Source: Clostridia bacterium
GTDB lineage: Bacteria; Bacillota; Clostridia; Christensenellales; Aristaeellaceae
Assembly: GCA_017936765.1 (NCBI GenBank)
Contig: JAGBEX010000033.1
Span: 13,040-77,039, forward strand
Reading direction: 5' to 3'
Length of the DNA: 64,000 nt
The position numbers and the translations under genes are program-made. Every line of letters begins with the position of its first letter. Within the stretch, counting starts at the first letter, position 1. Shown piece by piece: positions 27,667-36,779 of the stretch. The notes beneath the pieces were generated by a model that was not told where the DNA came from, searched no databases, and worked only from the letters and a program-made list of their open reading frames with translations.

Positions 27667-29213
27667 AGATGAAGGTGCTGTTTTGTTCTCCCCGCAGCGT
27701 GACGGTGAAGCTGGCGGACGGCGGAATGTATGCCACGGAGAAGGCCTATCGGCTGACGCTGAACGGCCAGGAGGCCGGTGCGGCGGACACGGTGATCACC
27801 AGCCTGTACGGGCTGTGGCCGGACACGAAGTACCACTTGCAGGCCTGGGATGGCGATGCGCTGCTGGCCGAAGCCGAGTTCCGCACGGAGGAAGAGAGCT
27901 TCACCATGAACGTGCGGCAGTTCGGCGCGGTGGGCGACGGTGTGCATGACGATACCGCGGCCATTCAGGCGGCCATTACCTGCTGCCCGAAGAAGGGCAG
28001 GGTGCTGATCCCGGCGGGTGCATACCGGGTGAAGCCGCTGTTCCTCAAGAGCCACATCCGCCTGGAAGTGCAAAAGGGTGCCACCCTCCAGCTGGAGCGG
28101 GACAGGAGTCTGTTCCCCATTCTGCCGGGGATGATCCAGTCCACCGACGAGGAGAGCGACTTCAACCTGGGCACCTGGGAGGGCAACCCGCTGGATATGT
28201 TTGGCTCCCTATTCACCGGCGTGGATGTGAAGGACGTGGTGATTTACGGCCAGGGCATTGCTGATGGCATGGCGCCGGACAGCGACTGGTGGGTCACGCC
28301 CCGCATCAAGCGCGGCGCATGGCGGCCCCGGCTGCTCTACCTGTGCCGCTGCAAAAACGTGACCGTGCAGGGCATCACCTTCCGCAACAGCCCGGCGTGG
28401 AACCTGCATCCCTATTTCAGCAACGAATTGAAATTCCTGAACATTTCCGTGCAGGCTCCGGCCAACAGCCCCAACACCGATGGCTTTGACCCGGAGAGCT
28501 GCAAGGGTATTCTGGTGGCAGGCGCGCACTTCTCCCTGGGGGACGACTGCATTGCCATCAAGGCGGGCAAGCTGTACATGGGTGCGACTTACGCCACGCC
28601 CTGCGAGGATATCGAGATCATCAACTGCTTGATGGAGGATGGCCATGGCGGCGTGACCGTGGGCAGCGAAATGGCGGGCGGCGTGAAGCACGTCCGCGTG
28701 AAGGACTGCCTGATGCGCAACACCGACCGCGGTCTTCGCGTGAAGACCCGGCGCGGCCGCGGCAAGAATGGCGTGATCGACGACATTGTGTTCGACCATG
28801 TGGAGATGGAGCAGGTGGGTACGCCCTTTGTGGTGAACTGCCTGTACTACTGCGATCCCGACGGCCACACCGAATATGTGCAGAGCCTGGAAAAGCAGCC
28901 CGTGGACGACCGCACCCCCTATGTGGGCAGCGTGACCTTCCGCCAGGTGAACGCCACCGGCGTGAGCTGCGCGGGGTACTTCCTGGGCTTGCCGGAGCAG
29001 CCCATCAAGCATGTGACCATGGAGCAGGTGAACATTGCCTGCGCCCCGGATGCCGCCCCCATGCAGCCTGCCATGGCGGACTGCGTGCCCAAGTGCGTGC
29101 ACAAGGGCATTGTGGCCAGCGATGTGGAAAGAATGACGCTGCGGGATGTGCAGATCACCGGTTATGAGGGTGAGCGCATCGAAGCGCGGAACGTGGAGAT
29201 CGCAGAAGAATAA
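27663..29213 (+). CDS. Glycoside hydrolase family 28 (polygalacturonase / exo-galacturonosidase-like)
   Basis: GH28 signature blocks NSPNTDGFDPES, GDDCIAIKAG, GHGGVTVGSE and RGLRVKT. Confidence 0.85.
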   Translation: MKMKVLFCSPRSVTVKLADGGMYATEKAYRLTLNGQEAGAADTVITSLYGLWPDTKYHLQAWDGDALLAEAEFRTEEESFTMNVRQFGAVGDGVHDDTAAIQAAITCCPKKGRVLIPAGAYRVKPLFLKSHIRLEVQKGATLQLERDRSLFPILPGMIQSTDEESDFNLGTWEGNPLDMFGSLFTGVDVKDVVIYGQGIADGMAPDSDWWVTPRIKRGAWRPRLLYLCRCKNVTVQGITFRNSPAWNLHPYFSNELKFLNISVQAPANSPNTDGFDPESCKGILVAGAHFSLGDDCIAIKAGKLYMGATYATPCEDIEIINCLMEDGHGGVTVGSEMAGGVKHVRVKDCLMRNTDRGLRVKTRRGRGKNGVIDDIVFDHVEMEQVGTPFVVNCLYYCDPDGHTEYVQSLEKQPVDDRTPYVGSVTFRQVNATGVSCAGYFLGLPEQPIKHVTMEQVNIACAPDAAPMQPAMADCVPKCVHKGIVASDVERMTLRDVQITGYEGERIEARNVEIAEE

Positions 29214-29228
29214 GCCAACACGCATATG

Positions 29229-29258
29229 AAAAAGCCCTGACATGTGTCAGGGCTTTTT
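29229..29258. terminator. Bidirectional hairpin terminator between GH28 and the convergent ABC ATPase gene
   Basis: aaaaagccctgac-atgt-gtcagggcttttt; the ATPase stop codon (29247-29249) lies inside the stem. Confidence 0.7.
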
Positions 29259-30008
29259 CCATTGGCCAAGCATTTCGTTCATCCAGGCGTATACGTCCAG
29301 GCCGTAGACCTGCTGCAGGGCTTCGGGGGTCAGCACGGTGGCGATGGCTCCCTGGGCGGCGCAGCGGCCTTGATCCATCAGCACGGCGTGGGTGCCGTAG
29401 CGGCGGGCCAGGCTCAGGTCGTGTACCACGGAAAGCACGGCGCGGCCGGGCTGGCGCAGCCAGTCAGAGATCAGGGAGAAAATGTGCTTCTGGTACACCA
29501 GATCCAGGTGATTGGCGGGTTCATCCAGGATCAGCAGACGGGGATTCTGGGCAAAGACCTGCGCCAGAAAGACGCGCTGCAATTCGCCGCCGGAGAGTGT
29601 CAGCACGCTGGCGTGGCGCAGCGCCGTGAGTCCGGTGAGGGAAAGGGCTTGCTCCACCTGCGCCTGGCCGTCCTTGTCCTGGCGGGAGAAAATGCCGCTG
29701 GTGTGGGCGTAGCGGCCAAGGTTGACCACCTCCTCCACGGTGTAGGCATAACCCACGGTGTTGCGCTGGGACAATACGCCCAGCTGCTGCGCCAGCTGCG
29801 CAGGTCGGATGCGGCGGATGTCGTCCCCACTCAGCTGGATGCGTCCGGTATACGGCACGCCCTGGGCAATGGCTTCGATGAGGGTGGACTTGCCCGCACC
29901 GTTGGGGCCCACCAGCATGAGCCATTGGCCCTCCTGCAGGGTGAAGGAGAGGTCGTCCACCACGGTATGCTCGCCATAGCGGACGGTGACGTGTTCGGTT
30001 TTCAGCAT
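29247..30008 (-). CDS. ABC transporter ATP-binding protein (FecE/BtuD type)
   Basis: Walker A GPNGAGKST, signature LSGGELQ and Walker B LLILDEP. The real start is MLKTEHVTVRYG at 30008; the listed 573-aa ORF is an out-of-context 5' extension. Confidence 0.85.
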   Translation of the reverse strand: MLKTEHVTVRYGEHTVVDDLSFTLQEGQWLMLVGPNGAGKSTLIEAIAQGVPYTGRIQLSGDDIRRIRPAQLAQQLGVLSQRNTVGYAYTVEEVVNLGRYAHTSGIFSRQDKDGQAQVEQALSLTGLTALRHASVLTLSGGELQRVFLAQVFAQNPRLLILDEPANHLDLVYQKHIFSLISDWLRQPGRAVLSVVHDLSLARRYGTHAVLMDQGRCAAQGAIATVLTPEALQQVYGLDVYAWMNEMLGQWKKP

Positions 30009-30013
30009 TCCGT

Positions 30014-31045
30014 TCACCTGGCCTTTCGTGTGCGGTAGAGGATGGCGATGAAGGCCGCTGCACCTACCAGCGAGGTCACCACGCCGATGGGCAGCTCCAC
30101 AGGGCTGAGCAGTGTGCGGGAGACCAGGTCGGCCAGGAGCAGGAAGATGGCGCCGGAGAACATGGAGGCAGGCAGCAGCCGCTGGTGATTGGGGCCGGTG
30201 AGCATCCGCGCCATGTGGGGCATTACCAGCCCCACAAAGCCGATGGTGCCAGCAATGGACACGCTGACGCCAATGAGGATGGACACCGCAGCCAGGATGA
30301 GCAGCTTCACCCGGCGGACATTCACGCCGATGTGGCGGGCGTTGTCCTCGCCGATGGCGAAGGCGTTCAGCTCCCGGGAGCAGCGGAGGATCACCCCGCC
30401 GCAGAGGAGCAGCGCCAGGGCCAGAATGCCTGCATGGCTGTAGTTGGTGCCGGAAAGGGAACCCATGGTCCAGAAGGTGACGGACTTGATGTGTTCCGGC
30501 GAGAAGGAGATGATCAGGTTGATGAGGCTGGAGGCGAACATGGAGAAAATGACGCCGATGAGAATGATGCTGCTGGTGGACAGGGAACGATCCAGGGCAT
30601 AGGCCAGGGAGAGAATCAGCAGCAGGGAGAGGAAGGCGAAGCCCATGGCCATGAGCATGGTGCCGCCAAAGCCGGTGCCGGGCATCGATACGCCCAGCGC
30701 CAGGGCAATGACTGCGCCCAGGGACGCGCCGGAGGACACGCCCAGGGTGGAGCCATCGGCCAGGGGATTGCGCAAAAGCCCCTGCATGGCGGCGCCGCAC
30801 AGGGAAAGTGCGGCGCCCACCAGCGCCACGTTGATCACGCGGGGCAGACGAACGTTGAGGATGATGTTCCTGGAAATGCCTGCGGGGATCTCCAGCCCCC
30901 ACAGAGTGTTCCACAGGGCGGTGAGGGTGTCTCCCAGGGGGATGGACACGCTGCCCATACAGATGCACAGTACCATGGCGGTCAATAGCGCCAGGGTGAA
31001 AAGCACATAGGTTTTCCAGGAAAAACGTTCTGCAAGTTTGTTCAT
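30014..31045 (-). CDS. FecCD/BtuC-family ABC permease
   Basis: NVRLPRVINVALVGAALSLCGAAMQGLLRNPLADGSTLGVSSGASLG is the typical FecCD block. Confidence 0.9.
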   Translation of the reverse strand: MNKLAERFSWKTYVLFTLALLTAMVLCICMGSVSIPLGDTLTALWNTLWGLEIPAGISRNIILNVRLPRVINVALVGAALSLCGAAMQGLLRNPLADGSTLGVSSGASLGAVIALALGVSMPGTGFGGTMLMAMGFAFLSLLLILSLAYALDRSLSTSSIILIGVIFSMFASSLINLIISFSPEHIKSVTFWTMGSLSGTNYSHAGILALALLLCGGVILRCSRELNAFAIGEDNARHIGVNVRRVKLLILAAVSILIGVSVSIAGTIGFVGLVMPHMARMLTGPNHQRLLPASMFSGAIFLLLADLVSRTLLSPVELPIGVVTSLVGAAAFIAILYRTRKAR

Positions 31046-31054
31046 GACGGAGCT

Positions 31055-31945
31055 TTATTCCTCAGCAATGTCGTACAGGAAGTTATACAGGTCGATGGCG
31101 GCGTCCTTCAGGCGGGGTGCGGGACGGGTGAGGGTGTAGGAATCGGCGTTGTAGACCTTGCCGTTCTGGATGGCCTTGATGTCCTGCCAGCCGGGGCGGT
31201 TCATGACCTCATCGACGGCGGTGTCGCCCATGCCGGTGACCAACACGATGTAATCCGGGTCGCGCTCGATGACCTGCTCCTGGCTGATGGGCTGCCAGCC
31301 GTCCAGGTCGGCAAAGGCGTTCTTCATGCCGCAGACCTCCGCCAGCTCCTGCATGAAGGTGCCGGTGCCGGCGCTCCACAGTCCCCATTCCAGGGGCATG
31401 ACCTCGAAGTAGATGGTCTTGTCGGTTTTCACGGCCTTGGCGGCGATGCCGTCGAAGGTGGATTGCATATCGGTGATGAGGGTCTCGGCCTCGTCATTCT
31501 TGCCCATGACCTGGCCGATGAGACGGATGGCCTGATACACTTCATCAATGCTGTCGGCATTGGTGGTGATGACCTTCACACCGTTTTGCTCCAGCAGGCT
31601 GACCTGCTCCACGGTGTGCGCCATGTCGTTCATGATCACCACCTGGGGGTCCAGGGCGAGGATTTCCTCCAGGTTGGTGTCCGCGCCGGAATGCACGGTG
31701 GGCAGGGCGGTGACCTCAGCGGGATAGTCGCAGTAGAGGCCGCGGCCCACAAGGGCATCGCCGCAGCCCAGGGCGTAGAGGATCTCGCAGTCGGCAGGCT
31801 CGGTGGCGATGATGCGGGTGGCGGGCTCCTCCAGGGTGATCGCGCGGCCGAACATATCGGTGACGGTGATGGCCTCCTCGGCCAGGGCGGCTGTGGTGAT
31901 GAGCATCAGCACAGCAAGGAACAGGGAAACGAGCTTCTTGGACAT
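31055..31945 (-). CDS. Periplasmic-binding-protein family SBP (BtuF-like), probable cobalamin/corrinoid binding by riboswitch context
   Basis: Signal peptide MSKKLVSLFLAVLMLITTAALA with a class III SBP layout. SD GGAGGG precedes ATG 31945. It is the first gene after the cobalamin riboswitch. Confidence 0.75.
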   Translation of the reverse strand: MSKKLVSLFLAVLMLITTAALAEEAITVTDMFGRAITLEEPATRIIATEPADCEILYALGCGDALVGRGLYCDYPAEVTALPTVHSGADTNLEEILALDPQVVIMNDMAHTVEQVSLLEQNGVKVITTNADSIDEVYQAIRLIGQVMGKNDEAETLITDMQSTFDGIAAKAVKTDKTIYFEVMPLEWGLWSAGTGTFMQELAEVCGMKNAFADLDGWQPISQEQVIERDPDYIVLVTGMGDTAVDEVMNRPGWQDIKAIQNGKVYNADSYTLTRPAPRLKDAAIDLYNFLYDIAEE

Positions 31946-32094
31946 GGTTTGTCCCTCCGAAAATTTAATCAAATGAATCAGCGGGAGGTGCTTTTCCCAA
32001 AAGAAAAGCGTTCCTCCCTGAGGAACACTAAAAGGACTGCCAGCCCGCATTGCACACGAAAACAGCGGCCATCAGCCAAATAGCATATCCCACC

Positions 32095-32350
32095 CCCAGG
32101 GGAATGATTGGTTTCACGGTGTAAACAAGTCTCCCGGCTTGGCTTCATCCGAATCGGCCATCACTGCCCCTTGGGCAGCGCTGGCTACACTCGGCGATTA
32201 CAAGTAATCGCTCTCGTTAGTCGAGCTTTGCTCGACCTCTTACACGCACCTTCCCGCTTTCGCAGTGGTTTCATCGCGTGTTCGTCAGCTTCACGGTTAC
32301 TGGGATAGCTCGGAACTCTCATCCGTATTCCTTGCCATGGCTGGTATAGC
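32095..32350 (-). promoter_or_regulatory. Cobalamin (B12) riboswitch
   Basis: The minus strand reads ggcaaggaatacggatgagagttccgagctatcccagtaaccgtgaag, which is the core GGAA..GGTGAGA.TCC..CCC.GTAAC.GT. It continues aaaccactgcgaaagcgggaaggtg (the GCCACTG...GGGAAGG block). After three extra hairpins comes a B12-box-like aagccgggagacttg. Confidence 0.75.
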
Positions 32351-32401
32351 CCATGGCGCGCATCGCTGCGCAGATACACCGGCTATTCATTTGTCGGGGA
32401 T

Positions 32402-32430
32402 ATTATAGCGCGTGAAGCGGCATTCGTCAA
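32402..32430 (-). promoter_or_regulatory. Promoter TTGACG-17-TATAAT (minus strand) driving the B12 riboswitch operon
   Basis: Minus-strand TTGACG is at 32430-32425 and TATAAT at 32407-32402, 11 nt after the MATE stop codon. Confidence 0.55.
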
Positions 32431-32440
32431 TCCGCAAGGT

Positions 32441-33883
32441 TTACACGCGGATGGAATGCCACTTTTCGCTGCGGTAGCGGCGGAGCATCAGCGTGACGCG
32501 GACGCTCATATCCACCAGCGTGGCGGCCCAGGCGGCCACCAGGGCGATATCGCTGCGGTGGAGGACGTTCTGGCAGATGTACACACCCAACAGCGCCAGC
32601 ACAGGACGGATGCAGGTGACGGTGATCAGCATGGTGCGGGCGGTGTATTTCACATCGCCTGCGCCGCGCAGGGCGCCTGCGGTAACCACGGAGACCATCT
32701 GCACAGGCTGGATCAGCCCCAGCACCACCATGGTGCTGACGGCCATGGCACGGACAGCACCGGTCTCGTCGCCGCTGATGAACATGCTCACCAGGGGATC
32801 CCGCAGAAGGATGCACGCCGCTGCCAGTCCCAGGCCAATGGCCAGGGAGAAGCGCTGCGCCAGGGTGCCGTATACATGGGCCAGGTCGCGGCGCTTGCGG
32901 CCCAGCATCTGTCCCACCAGGGAGGTACCTGCGATGCCAAGGCCATCGGCAAAGGAGAAGGACAGGTTCAGGAACTGGCCGCAGATCTGATGGGCGGCAA
33001 AGGCATCGGTACCCAGATCGGCCACGATGCGGGCATAGGCGAAGAAGCCGATGCGCATGGCCAGCTGTTCCACCATGGCAGAGGAACTGACCTGGGTCAG
33101 CGCCTTGACGCTGGGCAGGTCGGGCTTCCAGCTATCGTGTCGGTTGAGGTTGAGGAAGGCGCCGTGGCTGTGGAACATGGCGCGGACGCTGAGGAAGAAG
33201 CCCACCACCAGGCCGATGGCCGTGGCGATGGCCGCACCCCGCACACCCAGCTTGGGGAAGGGGCCGATGCCGTTGATGAGCAGGTAGTTGAAGATGATGT
33301 TCACCACATTGGAGGCAATGTTCACCTGCATGGTCAGCTTGGTGTTGCCCACGCCGCGTTGGGCGGCGCACAGACCCATCGAAAGCGCCTGGAAGGGCAG
33401 CGCCCAGCCCAGGATGGTGAAGTATTCGGTGGAGGATTCCAGGGTGCGGCCTGCCTCGGCTCCGGCAAAGAGCATCAGGCTGCGGCCAAGGGGCAGAAGC
33501 ACCGCCATGAGGATGGCGGAGAGCAGCAGGATCATGATGATGGAGGTGCGCATGGTGGCGTTGGCCTCGGTGCGGCGCTCCTCACCCTTGCGGCGGGCGA
33601 TCACGGCGGTGATGCCGGTGTTCAGCGCGAAGAACAGGCTCAGCATGATCATCCGGGGCTGACCCACCAGACCCACGGCGGCCACCGCATCGGTGCCGAT
33701 GGAGCTGACCATCACCGTGTCCATCATGTTGATGAGGGAGATCAGCACCATTTCGCACACGGAGGGGAGAGCGATGCGGATGTATTCCTTGTACATCTCG
33801 CCCGTGGGCGGCAGCTGACCGACCTCGTTCTTCATGGAACGGGGCAGCATATGCCGGGGATCAAAATAAGGAAGAAGACTCAT
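32441..33883 (-). CDS. MATE family efflux transporter
   Basis: A 12-TM protein with an N-terminal region (YIRIALPSVCEMVLISLINMMDTVMVSSIG) typical of MATE/NorM. ATG at 33883 is Met24 of the listed ORF. Confidence 0.85.
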   Translation of the reverse strand: MSLLPYFDPRHMLPRSMKNEVGQLPPTGEMYKEYIRIALPSVCEMVLISLINMMDTVMVSSIGTDAVAAVGLVGQPRMIMLSLFFALNTGITAVIARRKGEERRTEANATMRTSIIMILLLSAILMAVLLPLGRSLMLFAGAEAGRTLESSTEYFTILGWALPFQALSMGLCAAQRGVGNTKLTMQVNIASNVVNIIFNYLLINGIGPFPKLGVRGAAIATAIGLVVGFFLSVRAMFHSHGAFLNLNRHDSWKPDLPSVKALTQVSSSAMVEQLAMRIGFFAYARIVADLGTDAFAAHQICGQFLNLSFSFADGLGIAGTSLVGQMLGRKRRDLAHVYGTLAQRFSLAIGLGLAAACILLRDPLVSMFISGDETGAVRAMAVSTMVVLGLIQPVQMVSVVTAGALRGAGDVKYTARTMLITVTCIRPVLALLGVYICQNVLHRSDIALVAAWAATLVDMSVRVTLMLRRYRSEKWHSIRV

Positions 33884-34033
33884 GAAAATAACGCCTGCCT
33901 CTTTTGTGATGAATTGCATTGATACGATATGGTTCAAATGAAAGTATAGCACAAAAAAGAACGGTTGTCACCTGCAACGGATGGTTTTTGTGGCAGCCTT
34001 GCGGCATAAGCTTTGCCGGGAGGTGCTGCGGAG

Positions 34034-35005
34034 ATGAAGAAGGCGGGCAGGGCGGCGGCTGAATTGTGCGGTGCGGTGATCGGGGCTGGTTTTGCCTCCG
34101 GGCGGGAGGTGGCCAGCTTTTTTGCGCGGTTTGGCGGATGGAGCTGGCTGGGGGTGGCGGCGGCGGTGGTGGTGCTGGGCGGCGTTTGCCTGCTGCTGAT
34201 GCGCCATCCGGGAGAAGGCGGTATGCCGCTGCATTGGCGGGGGAGCTGGGTGGCCTGCCTGTGGCGAGGGATGTTCGTGAGCCTGATGCTGGCCACGGGC
34301 GGTGCCATGATGGCCGGGGGTGGGGAGATCGCGGCGCTGATGCTGCCCATGCACGGGGCGCGGAGCATTGGCCTGGCGGGTACGCTGGCATTGGCTTGGT
34401 GGCTGGCGGGGAAAGAGAATGCCGGGCTGGCGACGGTGAGCAAGGGGCTGATCGGCTGCCTGCTGGTGGTGGTGCTGGCAGGGCTGTTCCTGCCTGCGCG
34501 GGAGACGGCCAGCCTGCACCCTGCCGGGAACGGCTGGCAGAGCCTTGCCCAAGGGCTGTGCTATGGCGGGTTCAATGCGGCGCTGGCGGCTCCGGTGATC
34601 TGCCTGACGGGCGCGGAGCTTTCACCCAAGGAGCAGCGGCGGTGCGCGGCTGTGTTCACCGTGGTGCTGGCGGTGCTGCTGACTTGCGGCAACGCCGTGC
34701 TGCTGCGCCATGCTGCCCTGCAGGAGGCACGGCTGCCCTTTGTGATGCTGCTGTCCGGTTGGGGACGGGCAGGGTATGTGCTGGGCGGCGCGGCGCTGTA
34801 TCTGGCGGCGCTGACCACCCTGGTGGCCTGCCTGCGCGGGTTGAGGCTGCTGCTGCCGCGGCATATGGGCGCAGTTGTGGCAGGGGTGGCGCTGCTCTCC
34901 CTCAGCGGGCTGGAGGGCATGGTGGGGGTAGTGTACCCGGTGCTGGGCGGCGGTTGCTTTCTGCTGCTGGCGGCCGCGTGGCTGCAAATTGGAACAAAAA
35001 CGTGA
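34034..35005 (+). CDS. YkvI-like polytopic membrane protein (putative transporter)
   Basis: The N-terminal GAVIGAGFASGREVASFF motif is recalled as characteristic of the YkvI family. It is highly hydrophobic throughout. Confidence 0.5.
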   Translation: MKKAGRAAAELCGAVIGAGFASGREVASFFARFGGWSWLGVAAAVVVLGGVCLLLMRHPGEGGMPLHWRGSWVACLWRGMFVSLMLATGGAMMAGGGEIAALMLPMHGARSIGLAGTLALAWWLAGKENAGLATVSKGLIGCLLVVVLAGLFLPARETASLHPAGNGWQSLAQGLCYGGFNAALAAPVICLTGAELSPKEQRRCAAVFTVVLAVLLTCGNAVLLRHAALQEARLPFVMLLSGWGRAGYVLGGAALYLAALTTLVACLRGLRLLLPRHMGAVVAGVALLSLSGLEGMVGVVYPVLGGGCFLLLAAAWLQIGTKT

Positions 35006-35042
35006 ATTGCGCGGTTCGGGGTTTCCTTTTTGGGACAGAGTA

Positions 35043-35051
35043 TGGTATAAT
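35043..35051 (+). promoter_or_regulatory. Extended -10 TGgTATAAT upstream of alr
   Basis: tggtataat at 35043-35051, about 35 nt before ATG 35087. Confidence 0.45.
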
Positions 35052-35086
35052 ATAAAATCATCCCAATACAAGGAAGGCGAAATGGC

Positions 35087-36199
35087 ATGAACGTCCGGCA
35101 CCAGCAGCGCACGGTGGATCTGGCGGTGCTGCGCAAGAATGTGCGGCTGATCGGTGAATCTGTTCCCGAGGGGACGAAGCTGCTGGCGGTGGTGAAGGCC
35201 GACGCCTATGGCCACGGCATGGTGCAGGTGGCCAGGGAAGCCCTGGGGGCGGGTGCCTCCCACCTGGCGGTGGCGCTGGTGGAGGAAGGCGTTGCCCTGC
35301 GGGATGCGGGCATTGATGCTCCTGCGCTGGTGCTGGGTGCCACCTCCTATGAGGAAGCGCTGCTGGGTGTGGAACACAGCCTGACGCTGACGGTGTGCGA
35401 TGCCGCCATGGTGCGTGCTGTGGAGGCCGCCGCTGTGCAGCAGGACAAGATCGGTTTGGTTCACCTGAAGATCGACTCCGGCATGAGCCGCATTGGCGCG
35501 CGCACGGAGGAGAATGTGCAGGCGATGCTGTCGGCGCTGGCGGAATGCCCCCATGTGCGGCTCACCGGTGCCTTCACCCATTTCGCCGATGCGGATGGCG
35601 AGGACATGGCCTTTACCTACCAGCAGCTGGAGCGGTTCAAGCAGCTCACGGCGCTGCTGCCGGAGGGCATCCTGCGGCATTGCGCCAACTCGGCAGCCAT
35701 CCACCGGGTGCCGGAGGCGGCCATGGATATGGTGCGTATGGGCATTTCCATGTACGGCTACCCGCCGGTGGAAACGGAAATGCCCCTGGAGCCTTTCATG
35801 GACTGGCGCACCCGGGTGACCTATGTGAAGGATATTCAGCCCGGCGACACGGTGAGCTATGGCCGCACCTTTACGGCGGACAAGCCCATGCGGGTGGCCA
35901 CCATGGCCTGCGGCTATGGCGACGGCTATCACCGGGCGGCCAGCGGCAAGGCTGAGGTGATCATCCGTGGGAAGCGTGCCAGGGTGCTGGGGCGCATCTG
36001 CATGGATCAGATGATGGCGGATGTGACGGACATCCCCGGTGTGGTTCCCGGCGATGTGGTGACCCTGATGGGTCGCGACGGCGATGAGCGCATCACCGCC
36101 GAGGATATGGCGAGTTGGGCTGGCACCATCAGCTATGAGGTGCTGCTGGCGGCCACGGGGCGCGTCCCCAGGGAGTGGATCCATGCCAGCGATGAGTGA
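35087..36199 (+). CDS. alr: Alanine racemase
   Basis: PLP-lysine motif AVVKADAYGHG; C-terminal ...YGRTF...GYGDGY...ICMDQ blocks. Confidence 0.9.
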   Translation: MNVRHQQRTVDLAVLRKNVRLIGESVPEGTKLLAVVKADAYGHGMVQVAREALGAGASHLAVALVEEGVALRDAGIDAPALVLGATSYEEALLGVEHSLTLTVCDAAMVRAVEAAAVQQDKIGLVHLKIDSGMSRIGARTEENVQAMLSALAECPHVRLTGAFTHFADADGEDMAFTYQQLERFKQLTALLPEGILRHCANSAAIHRVPEAAMDMVRMGISMYGYPPVETEMPLEPFMDWRTRVTYVKDIQPGDTVSYGRTFTADKPMRVATMACGYGDGYHRAASGKAEVIIRGKRARVLGRICMDQMMADVTDIPGVVPGDVVTLMGRDGDERITAEDMASWAGTISYEVLLAATGRVPREWIHASDE

Positions 36200-36746
36200 C
36201 AAGGCTGCCCTTCGCCGCAGGGTGCGGGAGGCTTTTCCCGGCAAGGCGGCAAGGGATGCGGAAAGTACGCTGATCTGCCGCCATGTGCTGGCGTGGGAGA
36301 ACTATCAGGCAGCGCGGGTGATCGGCGGGTATATGCCCATGGCCCATGAGGTCGATGTGACGCCCATCCTGCTGGACGCCCTGGCGCAGGGCACGACCCT
36401 GCTGCTGCCCCGGTGCGGACACAAGCCGGAGATGGTGTTTCACCGTGTGCGGAGCCTGGATGAGCTGATCCACGGTGCCTATGGGCTGCTGGAACCAGCG
36501 CCCCACGCGCCCGTGGTGGAGCCGGGGTGCATTGACCTACTGCTCACGCCCCTGGAGGCGGTGACGGCACAGGGTTGGCGGCTGGGCAAGGGCGGCGGCT
36601 ATTATGACCGCCTGCTTGCGGCGCATGACCTGATGACGCTGGGCGTGGCGCTGAGCTGGCAATGGGTCGAAACGGTGCCGCGGGAAAGCTGGGATCGCCC
36701 GCTGCGGGCGGCTGCGGACAGAAGTGGCATCCGCCTGTTTGAATAA
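36192..36746 (+). CDS. 5-formyltetrahydrofolate cyclo-ligase
   Basis: KAALRRRV..., LLLPR..., GLLEP... and GKGGGYYDRLL motifs. The start (36183 or 36192) overlaps the alr stop. Confidence 0.8.
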   Translation: MSDKAALRRRVREAFPGKAARDAESTLICRHVLAWENYQAARVIGGYMPMAHEVDVTPILLDALAQGTTLLLPRCGHKPEMVFHRVRSLDELIHGAYGLLEPAPHAPVVEPGCIDLLLTPLEAVTAQGWRLGKGGGYYDRLLAAHDLMTLGVALSWQWVETVPRESWDRPLRAAADRSGIRLFE

Positions 36747-36779
36747 AATAGAAGGTACAATGATTTCCGAAAGGACTGT

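Noticed and set aside
30009-30968. 5' extension of the ABC ATPase frame (listed 573-aa ORF 29247-30968)
   Set aside because: The extension overlaps the FecCD permease gene in another frame and is Pro/Arg/His-rich junk. The ATPase homology begins at MLKTEHVTVRYG (ATG 30008), 6 nt after the permease stop.
34066-35055. 329-aa alternative-frame ORF overlapping the YkvI-like gene
   Set aside because: It has an Arg/Gly/Ala-rich composition with no TM or domain pattern. The other frame gives a coherent polytopic membrane protein with the GAGFASG motif.
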